This document shows, piece after piece, positions 1 to 11,772 of a DNA stretch of 64,000 bases. The stretch is from Trichoplax sp. H2 (taxonomy: Eukaryota). Below the pieces are notes generated by a model, which made no database searches, was not told where the DNA came from, and saw only the letters and a program-made list of their open reading frames with translations. Each line of letters begins with the position of its first letter. Within the stretch, counting starts at the first letter, position 1. The stretch lies in contig NOWV01000013.1 in NCBI GenBank assembly GCA_003344405.1, forward strand, positions 496,001-560,000, written 5' to 3'. A program made the translations under genes and the position numbers.

Positions 1-78
1 ATTATGGCGTATTGATAATATTTAATTAAATTAATCGATTAATCAATCAAAAATTTAATTGCTTTAATTTTAGAATCG

Positions 79-646
79 TGTCACAAACCAGCTTCATGAC
101 AAAGATAACGTAAAACAAATCTCTAAATTACTATAGTCTCCGGGATTCAGTTCCTTTAACTACCTCATAAGAATTTAGACGCCTTTGCTTCTACGTTAAA
201 ACAACTATATAACTCTTCTTTTATTTAACTATCTGCCGAGCTTAAATACCCTTCGGCAGCAGCTATCATGTATGAGTCATAACAGTTCATGAAATTTAGC
301 TCATATTGGATAGCTAAATTAAGACAGACATTATTCATAATTTTGGACATGTACTGAACGATTTTAGATAATTAGACTACTGTATGTCCACACACAGAAT
401 TATTTATGGTATCATCTATAATTGAATATCTTCAGGATATTCATCACAAGCGTTACAAGACATAACACTACAATCAATTAATATTAGTTACCTTATGAGA
501 ACTTTTACTACAATACAGTATAATTTACTGTAAAAAAATAATAACTACCGTAGTTCTTACTGTAAGTCATTATTAGTTATCTCCATATATAAATGTTTAA
601 CACTAAATTTGGTCATTTACTCTTCATGGTGGTTCGTACCGTGATA
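79..646 (+). mobile_element. Solo LTR-like element, copy A (568 bp), perfect 5-bp target-site duplication AATCG
   Basis: Begins TGTCAC at 79 and ends GTTCGTACCGTGATA at 646. AATCG lies at both 74-78 and 647-651. The first ~200 bp and the 3' end align with the reverse complement of 47358-47799. Confidence 0.8.
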
Positions 647-1984
647 AATCGATAGCAAATTATTGTCATTTGTTTTGACAAAATAACTTGATAAAATGAC
701 TGGCTAATAATTTATATCTGATTAGTCATAACTTGGTTAAAAATTTTTTATAGTATGACATTTCTATGACGGTCTCAGAACATTTCAATAATGATGAGAA
801 AAAGGCAGAGTACAGTAAGCCTGAAATTAAAATCTTTCACAGAACAAATCACAGCTTTGTAGCACCTTTACTGACCAAAATTGATATTTAAAACTAGTTA
901 TGAAATCTAGATAATTAATACGTGTAAGACTTTGCTAGACAGATTCATACAGAATGTAGCGGAGGAAGTTTAGTAATGAGTTAATCTTAATCACTAGCCA
1001 TATTTTTATTTTTAAGGGGATACAATATTACAAACTATTCGTATTATTTACTTTTAGAAAAACACAGCTAAAGGGTTTTAGATACTTTTCTATTATTATG
1101 TATGCCTTAATTTTGACATTGGTTGATTTACTATATGATAATAAGTTATTTTAAATCATGTAAAGACGATCATGAATTAAAGTCATAACTTTAGCAGTGA
1201 AAACATCTTGATTTTGGCATTGCCAGACCATAATAAAGTTATAATATTTATTTAAAATAATAAAATGATAACTATTGCTAGAAAAACCTTTAGTGTTGTA
1301 GGTACAATTTAATTTCGATTTAATTTTGATAGATCAATTTTTGCGCTTACGCTTGACTTTAAAATATAACGTATCGTTACAGTAATCATTCCTTAAAACG
1401 TAACTATTCAATATAAAATGCTACAAAACCTGGCATGCTTTTTATCGTAAATAACACTAATTTATAATATAGAATTTAAAAAGCGGCATTTGAATAATTG
1501 AAATGCACACACATGTGGCACTCGAAAATTTTGTTAATAAAACCAAAAATACCACGAAAAAGGGAATATACAAGCAGTGCTATACATAAATGTCAAGGTA
1601 GTTAAGGTATGAGTTTGAAGAAAAGTGAAACTGAAACTTAAATGATTAATTTTATATCGAAAGTTAAAATTACACGAGATTTTTGCACCCGTACTTCTTA
1701 GGTTACGTTAGAATCATCCTCTTAATACCTCTTGAGCTATCTTACAAATGCAATTTTTACATTTCTAAGAAAAAAGATGCAATAAATGATAATAAATTTT
1801 ATCGATCATAGACCTCGATATGTTTATAAAACTTCATGATAACTAAGCAATGAAAATTTAAAAGCCCTCTATAGGAAATAATAATAACATGTCACGCTAT
1901 CATCAATTTTTATTCCTTGCTCTTGACAAACATAATAATTACGAAATAAAAGTAGCATCTTCACATATTGCCTTCACTTATTAG

Positions 1985-3148
1985 ATCACAATGGATATGA
2001 TGGAATTGAGACAGAATGTAACAGTCAGTATTGGAAGCATTAGGTAAATTTCTTCGTAATACTTCATTTTAAAGACGTTGATTTTTAAAATATAGCATTT
2101 ATTATTTCTTTGATTAGATATCCTAGTGTTCAGACTAAATAATCAAATTTTAAATCAGTTTTCATGGTTGATTAGTTTTTAGTTATCAAACAATAATTTG
2201 CCGAAAACATACAGTTTAAAATTGAATAATTTATTATATGGTATATAATAAGAAATATATAAGTTACAATCACCAATAATTTACAATTAAATTCGTTGGA
2301 TTTTTCAGTCAGACAGGAAAACAATAAATTATTTAAATTAATTTAAAACAGAAAATATCTGTAACCATAAGTAATTACTATAACATCTCTTCGAAACATA
2401 TATTGTATATTTTATTGTCCTTAGGTTGACAGATTGTTGTTTTATGGATAAATCTGATAATCTAGCCAAATATGACTCAAGCAAATCAAATTGCAGGTTA
2501 GTTAATTAATATGCTATTATAACATACGCGATTACAGATGAAATGAGATAAAAGGCGACGACTATTTTGTGTATAGATTTTTCTAGAATTTGATTACCCA
2601 GTTCTCTAATTCACTCCAAAATAAATAAGGAATAAATGGTTAAATAATTTAATTTTACTGTTAAATGAGGTTAAAACTCTTATAATTACAATAGTATAAA
2701 ATAAATATTAATATCATTTGAATTCTTGCTTCATCGCCTAGAATAAGATGATTATTAATTAATTATATATCTTTTTCTAAACATATCGATCGCCGTCAAA
2801 TTAAAATCGCTTAGTATGGCACCGCTGATCCAAGGGAAATTAATAATTACTGATTCGGTTATTAATGTAACTAAAGTTCAACAAATATGGGAAAATATGA
2901 TCAATAATCAGCAGCTGCCGCCTGATTTAGCTTTGTGTCCACTCGGTTTTAACGGATTGTTTCCGACACCGTCATACCTAATTGTGAGTTCTTCTGTCTT
3001 TTGTTATTCTAGCAAAATAATAATAATATAACTAACTGTTATTGTGATTCTATATGTCTTTATATTGATACCAGCATCACAGAGGGAGGGATAAGAATAA
3101 ATGTGCATTGTGCAACAAAACAGGACGTGATATTTTCCTGCACTTCCA
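1985..3148 (+). CDS. Putative upstream Cys-containing ectodomain exons of the class-B GPCR
   Basis: AG/GT-bounded, phase-compatible exons 1985-2043, 2425-2496, 2815-2983 and 3075-~3148 read ...LTDCCFMD...SMAPLIQ...KNKCALCNK. The CAxCN motif resembles Methuselah-like invertebrate class-B ectodomains. The phase does not join directly to the exon at 4772. Confidence 0.35.
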
Positions 3149-4771
3149 GTAACGGAAATTAATTCCCTTTTTGTGAACAGACAAATATGATATACATAGC
3201 ATGAATTCTCATAGTGAAATCTAAATAATTAGCAACATTTTCTATCTTTACCGCTATATTGGGAAGTGTAAATATCATTTCATAATTACTCCTATTAATA
3301 TAATAATAAGTTATTTCAAATAAAATCTCTATTGCGTCGTAATGTAGGACTAGACCCTAACTAATTTACACACGTATTCTTTAGTAGTTAAGTAAATACG
3401 TAAAATCAAATAGGCTATCACATTATTGATAATATAATGCTAAAAGATGTATAGCATTATTTAATATTTAGGGACACAAAATATAATTAACACGGATTTC
3501 TTTGAATATGTGATATACGGTTACTAATATCTGGCCACTGACCATAGACAATGTGAAAATATCGTTAGTATCATCATTGAATCAGTGCGCAACTGTACTT
3601 TATTATAGGTTTAGTGATTATTATTTCACCTACAAGAATTAACTCAGTTAAAAATTTACTAAAAGTTTTATTTTTATTATAAAAGGTTACAATTAACGCG
3701 TAATCTTTTATAATACTGATTGCCACTAGCTTACTTTAGTACCGCTTATTCCCTGATATTATAAAATAATGTAGGATATAAAAGAAGCTTATTCAGCTTC
3801 TAGTAATAGATATTGCATCGCAAATAATTTGAAATAACGCGGATAATTGTTTTGATAGTTCTTTACAGCAAATCGTTAAGTTTAGATTTAAAACGTAACG
3901 AAAAATGTAGTTCACACAGAATTTTGTGCATTCATGCATTTAAAACAAAATGATTATAAAAGTAACGATACTCATTACCTAAATAACCCTTATCATTATA
4001 ATCAATGAAATTCATATTAATTTATTGAATGTTAAGATAGGTAGCGCATTAAATTTATTCTGCTGTTGAATTAAAGCTTATTCATTGTGTTGTTAAAGTT
4101 CTTTGTGGAGGCTATCAGCTTTTCCCTTGAATAAGCAATAATTCACTATTGAATGAATCTAACAATTAATAATTGCAAATTCATATTTTTTGTATCTTTA
4201 TATTTTTCTAGTCAATTCATACTAATTGAATGACCACAATTATTGGTAAAATCTATAGCATTAGCTGTAATCTAATTAGAATTAACTATATTGGCTAAAC
4301 AACACGAACGTTGTATTTGTAATTATAGTAATACGTACCTTATAAAGTTCTAAAGCCTAGGTGGTCATTTTGTAAATACTGTTAATTATTTTTTTGCACT
4401 AAGTAGAAAGTTAAAGGTAAATTACGTTATATTAGTTCTCTTAGCTCCGGAAAAGTATATTTTATATAATTAAATTTCCTTGAAATATTTGCTATTGTGA
4501 CAAAATATTATGAGCGATCCTTCAAGGAGGCTTCAAAATGAAATAAGAATTATAGCGCTGTTACTTTACATAGCTAAGATTATTCTGTTTCCGTATAATG
4601 TGTATGTATATTTGTTACAGTACGACTACATAGGTATAATCAAATTTATCTGAATTTATTGAGCATCTAATTATCTGCAAGATTTTAAGTATTAAAATAT
4701 TAGAATTACTAATTACCTTAGGTACACTAATTTACGACAATCTAATAGCATTTTACATTGCATTTTAATAG

Positions 4772-6591
4772 AATATAACAAAGACTCTAAAAGATTTTAA
4801 TATCGTAAGCAGTTGCACCGAAGAAAATGGGTCATCACATTCTGATAGTATCAATATGCCCTCTCATGGGAATGGTGGTGGCAATCATAACTCAATGGCT
4901 ATTTTCGCCTTCTATAGCATGTTAGAGAAGCTATCGTTAGGGCTACGCGTTATTTCAATAACTAGCTTATTATTGACAGTAACGACATTGCTATCTTTCA
5001 GGTATTAACTGCGTAATTGAGATTATTTCATCTTGATTTTAATACAATAATCATGCGATATATCTACAGTCAAGGCTAATATGCTCAATTCTGTCATTAA
5101 GATATAGAATCTGGCTCTATGAATGCATTTGTTATAATAATTTAACAGTATTTGCTAATTAATCCGTTTTATTTCACAACATAGGAAACTGCGGGAGCGA
5201 CAAAGCAACATTATTATATGCTTATTGTCATTCAATAAAATCTGCAGATATGTATTTAAAATAATAAAAGCATACATTCCTGGTTCAATTATCGTTTGTA
5301 AAATTGTAATGGCAGTGGATCACTACTTTAGTATGTCAACAGTTTTATGGATGACTATATTGGCTATTCGATTATATTATGAACTAATTGGAGTTTACTC
5401 AGCAATTCATCGGATGTCTTTATCAACTGAAAAAGTGATATTTATTGCTGGCAGTTTTGCATGGGGTAAGACGAAATGAAAAATAGTAATTAGCCACTGG
5501 TACCTTAAAATTAACTGCTCAAGATAATAAGATTGATTATGCGATATACAACGAAGAATTTATTAGACGATTTGCAACTTGTATTCTTTTACAATAGATT
5601 ATAATTAATATCATCTTAGTTGAGTAATTTTAATATTGTTACTAACACTAAATCGGGTACCGATAATGTTATATGATTCGTAACATCCTACCATAATTAA
5701 TTATCGAATATCTTATAGGTGTTCCACTAATTGTAATCACTGTTGGGTTGCTGTTAAATTCTGGTCAGTACGGAATGATGTATCATAGAAGGTAAGAATT
5801 TAGTTTGAAGAAATTTATATATTCGAAGGGGATATTTTAGTAACTTGTATATGCTTTAGAGATTAAATAATTAACTTCGGGTTTTTAGTTGCATATAAAC
5901 AAATTGATTCTGTAATTACTTTGATCATTAGTTCTGTTATGTTGTCGCTAATTGAGGTCACTGTTTCAACTCAAAATTTACCAATAATGTTTTATAAAAG
6001 ATAATTTGAATAATCGGTATATTCGTATACGTATGTGTAATTACACGTACTTCAATGCAAACAAATGGCATATTTAATTCTAGACGCTTTCATTATAAAT
6101 CTAGTTGTGCAACGCATTCTAAATGGATTACGGCAACCTACGTTTATCCCATGTTCGTGTTGGTGGGCATCAACGTTCTCATTTTCATTATGATTTGTTT
6201 CAAAGTCTGGAAATTGTCAAAAGAGCGAAATATACCCATGACGTTCTCTCGCTTTTATTCTATAATTGGATTGATGTCTTTATTTGGGTTGACATGGCTG
6301 GTTGGCATATTGGCCTTCTTTGATACCAGTCTTTGGCGTAATTTATCGCATCTTCTATTCGCTATTCTGGCTGGTTCCCAGGGATTTCTGATATTTGTCT
6401 TTTATTGTGTGGTTAAAAGAGAAGTTCGTAATTGCTGGGCTAAAACATTTTTCAAACAAATTGATAAAAATACCTTTACAATGTCAAATAGATCGGGCAC
6501 TGATACAAATCTTCAATCTTTGAGCTCAAAATCTAAGCTTAGCAAAAATAATGCCGTCCATCCCTCACCTAATGGTCATTTTACATTTTAG
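4772..6591 (+). CDS. Class-B (secretin/adhesion/Methuselah-like) 7TM GPCR, transmembrane exons
   Basis: Exons 4772-5001, 5185-5465, 5719-5791 and 6105(or 6084)-6591 splice in frame. Motifs: CK..MAVDHYF..ST.LWM (TM3), AWGVPLIV (TM4), LFGLTW (TM6), SQGFLIFVFYC..KREVR (TM7/helix 8). Confidence 0.85.
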
Positions 6592-7860
6592 ATGAATGGA
6601 ATTTGACAATCATAGATTAATTACCAGTAATAAGGTTCGGCTGTTCCTTGGTATATTGTATGTACCAATGATGGAGTGTTAATGTGATTTTTGAACTAAA
6701 GAGCCAATATGGTACATACCGACCGTAGTTTAGGTGGTAATATGATCATTCTGTAAATTGTTACTAAAGATACTCTAAAATTAATCATAACAATAATAGC
6801 TGTGTATACACGCATTTATTCTTCAAATGTAAATTTTAATGATCTTTTAATTAAAATCATAGATTTCAGTTTCTCTAAATAACTATCATTCGTCCTTCAT
6901 ATAGCTAAAAATAGTTATGCGAGTACTGTGCTATCATTTCCTGTTGGCATGGTTTACCGTAAGATATGATTAAGATGCGATTAAACTAAATCACGATGAT
7001 AATTAACCGTAAGATACTATACAATGTACGTGTATATATATATAGTATACAATATGCATAGATAGGTTACTTACCATTTGCAAATACCGTACTAATAAGT
7101 CGATGATATTAATATCGAATGCTATAAAACACTTGTTAACCTACCTCTAATAAAACAAACCAATAAACCGTATAGATTAAGCGAATTTGCGCTTTGATGG
7201 AAAAGTATTTTATTAGTAGACCGATTGATCAATCATTTAGCGCAGCCAAACAATATTTGTGCCCCTGTAAATACACTATTAGTTTATATTCTATACTAGA
7301 CTATAACCTTTAGGATTAAAAGACATAAATATAAAATAAAACGTAATTAGAGAAAATCAATCATTTTACTATAGGAAACGGTACGATGTATCAATTAAAA
7401 GCAACAACAGCAATTATTAAAAAATCAATTTTCAGGATAACCCTTAGGATATCAGCCATCATATCAAAAATAAATAATAATGATTTCAATGTACAGAATA
7501 AACTATCCGGTAAGTCTGAAATTTATAATTACACTCGAATAATAGATTCAATATGGTTAAATTGAAGGACATTTTATTCAGTAACATGGCTGAAACAAAT
7601 AAATAAAAATGAGTATCTAGCATGTTACTATGGATAATATAATGTATCGTTGATTATATAATAATCGTATGCATGAAGATATAATTAAAGATAATTCAGT
7701 TTATAGATGTTATAAAATATATAACAGGGATTAGCTAAAATCAACCTATTGCGCTATCTAAATTGAATGCAGTAGTAGTCTGATAAAAAATCTCACTTTT
7801 AAGAAAAGAAAATGTTATGGTGCCCATCTGTTGAACTAAGTAAAGTGCTTCACTGTATCA

Positions 7861-9198
7861 CTAATATGATTGGATGATATCATGCCATCTTTGATAGGCT
7901 TCTTCTCTTGATAATTTCCACAACATCGTTATTGCTTGATAATAATTAGGGACCCTATCAATAACGTAACTATTGCTAGAATCAAGGGTATAGACATATT
8001 CAGACAGTACTATTAGCTGAAATAATCGCGCTAATATTACATCATAAAGGAGATTAAATTCTTTAGGATTTAAATGGACAACAGAAAGGTAACCGGCTAA
8101 TAAATGCCCACTATTAGCTATTGCATCGGTTGTTGTTTCAGCCATAACATGAGCTATTGCAATTGCCAATTCTATTATCAAATAGCTGTAGTGAAAATCT
8201 CCAAAATCAATTACTCCTATTCCTTGGTGTGATGATCCCACTTGGCTAACACTAGTACTTTTGGATGATGATGTTGATACTATTACATTGCCAGGATTAA
8301 CGTCGCCATGAATAAAGCATGTCTTCAATTGAGGCAATATCTGTTGCATGGCTATTTTACAGGATTGGAATATTTCAGTGAGGATATCCTTTTTCGATGC
8401 CATGTGGATATATTGGAGATAGCGATCTAAGGTAGCAAAGTTATCATGTAGTGACCAATCTCCAGTAAAAAACTTGCGCTGATGACTTTGAAATTTCTAC
8501 GAAAACAAAAGAGAGTACACGTCTCTTAATTAGTAAGCTCGTCGATATCGACTGATAGTTTTTTATCTATACCTACCAATGACTACCGTAGTAGATCAAT
8601 AAGTTTGACTAAAGGCATAAGATTTCTAAACTATTAACCAAAAATGATACCATATTTTAATGATTGGGCAACATTTTAATCAAGTTGCTCCCTTTGCTAA
8701 AAGCCACGATTCACTTACGAGAAGTTGTTTGTCCATGGTTGCGATTGTTTGGCCTAATTGGTACATCAGCGTATTATCAAATTTAGGCTCCATATCACGT
8801 AATAAGATACCTTGTAAATATTCTACTATAAATACGATATGATCATTGTGAACGGTGTTTTCAGCGCTATCAGAAGATAAAAATGTCACCATATCCATAT
8901 AGCTGCCATTGGTCAGTTGAACTGGTTTTGAGCATTGGATTCCTGATTGGCTAAGAAATTGGCAAGCTAAGATTTTACATTCAATTGCATCTTTGATTAG
9001 ATTACTTTGCAGATTTAAGATTTTGAGGATAAATTGATCATTGCAATCATTCTCTTTGTTGTTGATTTTAATATGATAATTGCAATCCTCGAAACTTTCC
9101 AGTTGACGGACACCAATGATGGTTTCAATGGCAACGCCAAGAAGCCGTGAAGCGGTTTGACGGACTTGTATTTCAGTTACTTTTGGACGCCCTGACAT
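7861..9198 (-). CDS. HYKK: Hydroxylysine kinase / aminoglycoside-phosphotransferase-domain protein, ~371 aa, 2 exons
   Basis: Exons 9198-8719 and 8496-7861 join in frame via GT..AG. Contains LESFEDCNY, FILKI, IHGDVNPGN and VIDFGD motifs typical of HYKK/AGPHD1. Confidence 0.85.
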
Positions 9199-10179
9199 CG
9201 ACGTTGACCGTTGGCTTTTCACCGCCAAAGAGTGGAATTTCGACCGATAATTAATTAATGAATACAATTACTGTGCTCGTCTCTACGCATATAAATAAGT
9301 AGAATGATAAGACAATTTTGAATGAGAAAGCAGTTCCACTTGAAGTGGAGAGTGGAAACTCCATATTCATCATTTATGACATTATTGTAATTATTCATTA
9401 ATCGTGGAGAAAAAAGAAAAATAATATTGTCTGCTGGAAAGGTGCAGACTGGCGTACCCACCCTTGGAAAGATCCCGCACCAATGTTGAATGAGTACCTT
9501 TGTTGTTCCAGGATCAGCTGCGTTAACGTTAACTACAAGATAGCCAGCAGTAAATTAGCTTGAAGTGTGAATGCAGTTAATGCAAGGTCTAGCCATGAAA
9601 GAAAGAATGCTTTCGATCTTGACCTTTATCACGTGTTTGTTTGTCTCTGTTTATAAACTGCTATGCTGCATCATGGACTACTCAATTAGCTGCATCTAGA
9701 AGTCCATGGACTAGACAAGATATGATCTATCTACAAATCCAAGGCTGGACTACTACTCTACTAGTAGTTCATGCCCATTACTTCAGTCTCTGCTATGTTT
9801 ATAAACTACTGTGCTGTGCCATTTTAATAACAAGTCCAAGGCAGAACTACACTAGTAATTGATGGCCATTGTGCAATTACTTCCCTCCCTAGCCATTTCC
9901 ATCCTGAATCTACAGTACACTTCCTCCTATTTACCATACTGTACCGTGCTGTGCTGTACTGTAGATTGCTAAAAAAAGGAAAGAAAGACGGATAGACGTC
10001 GCAACGTCCAGTAGTCCCGTGCAGTAACGGGTCACGGAGGGAGGGACCTCTGTAGTTTTCACATAGTGTACAGTACAGTACACTGACTGTACTGTAGACT
10101 GTACAGTGTACAGTACAGTAGAGACCCTGCATGAGGGTTAGTCTACAGTACAGTATTGTACTGTATATGGCGTTTGGAT

Positions 10180-10263
10180 TAGGGATTGCACCCGGGTTTC
10201 CCTACTCGGGGTAAAATATCCGAATACCGAGTAACAAATTTTTCCCACGGCTTGCAATCCCTA
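10180..10263. mobile_element. 84-bp MITE-like relic with 11-bp terminal inverted repeats
   Basis: TAGGGATTGCA (10180-10190) pairs with TGCAATCCCTA (10253-10263). Flanks GTTTGGAT and GTATAGAT match at 6/8, compatible with a decayed 8-bp hAT-type TSD. Confidence 0.45.
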
Positions 10264-10446
10264 GTATAGATACAGCGGTTTAACACAGGCTCAAATGACC
10301 AGTCAAAAGTCGGCCCCCTCCATTTCTACTGACAGTATAACAGTAACAAATTTCCCACGGCTTGCTATCCCCAGTATAGGTACAGCGGTTTAACATAGGT
10401 TCAAATGACCAGTTAAAAGTCGGCCCCCCCCCCCCTCATTTCTACT
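10230..10446 (+). repeat. Tandem duplication of ~100 bp (2 copies)
   Basis: 10230-10330 and 10342-10446 share agtaacaaat..cccacggcttgc..cagcggtttaaca..caaatgaccagt.aaaagtcggcccc..catttctact. Confidence 0.9.
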
Positions 10447-11772
10447 TATAGGATACTGTACTGTAAAAGTCTCTCCAATTTGAAGTGTCAACCTAGTCCC
10501 GGTATGGTCAAAAGAACTCCGACCCCTGTACTGTACCACATGGGTACAGTGTACAGTGTACAGTATCAAAAAACTGGGGCCAATTTATCGCAGTGTAAGG
10601 TACTCTAATACTGTAGGTTAAGATGGTGCGGCGATGTACAGTACTGCTGGCCACCCCCAGTGGGTAGACGAGAACTTAAACTTTCTTCATACTGTACAGT
10701 AAAATACGACTACAACAGCAAGAGTAATTCTGCTTGGTAAATGATCATAAGATCATTTACCAATTACATCCGGCATAGTTGATTTGGTTTTTCATCAATG
10801 TGATCATTTTGCCATCATTCAAGTTATTGGTTTATAGTGATGGTCTGATTTACAGTAAAGTAATGACACAATCCGTAAACAACCATGTGGATATCACGCT
10901 AAATGGGATACGCCGTGTACGTCGTCAAAGCTCATCGATTGGCAGGACTCGAGCAGAACAGTAAAATTAATTAATTATCGTAAGTGATTTGTCAAGACAA
11001 ATCCACTGTCGCGCTCTGTACATCAGCAGAATGCAAACCATGACAAATTGCCAAGTGTAACCTCATCCACCTTTTAATGACATTCAATGAGGATAGCAAA
11101 TTTTGTTCTTATCATGCCCAACGATACTGTACAGGGTCGTGTATAACATTATCTTGATCTTTCCATGATAACATGAGCTGCACATCATGTTGATCGATCT
11201 TTTAATATCAATACTATCATTACTTTGATGATCAAACTCTTTGAATATTCATACAATCACAATTATACAATTAGAATAACCTACGTGTAAAATCATCTTT
11301 ATTTACATGTACACCAAGTTATCAGCGTTAACTCAACATTAGCATTCTGCCATTCTATCTATTTAAAAAGATTTCAATTGAACGGTATTAATCGATTGAT
11401 GTACCTACAGTACTGCACATTGTTGAATAGCACAGAAATGGTATAGCAGTCACCTTTTCCTTTACTTTGTCATCTGCCAACGATTCTATCGTTGCTGTTC
11501 AATATCGTAGGGATTACAATACTACCTTGTTGATGTAATAATAATAATAATAATTAATTAGCAATTCATTGACTTGGAACTATCTATACCTACTTTATTT
11601 GTATGGTGGTTGACACTCTTTGCCACATATGATTAGACGGTAATTAAAAGGAGACCGGTAGATTGGTTATTCACCGCCAAGCATTGGTACAGTCGTCTTC
11701 TACTCTACGTCCGTAGAAGATTGCAATCAGTAGCTAAGGTAAAAACGGATTAAAATAGTAATAAGAAGAAAA

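Larger units (their letters stand above)
9910..10700. repeat. TACAG/CTGTA pentamer-rich tract between divergent HYKK and Fem-1
   Basis: Dense runs such as gtacagtacagtacactgactgtactgtagactgtacagtgtacagtacag, in both orientations. Confidence 0.8.

Noticed and set aside
7861-9198. Aminoglycoside-phosphotransferase fold as an antibiotic-resistance or HGT gene
   Set aside because: It has a spliceosomal intron, host-like composition, and the length and motifs of the ordinary animal HYKK family.
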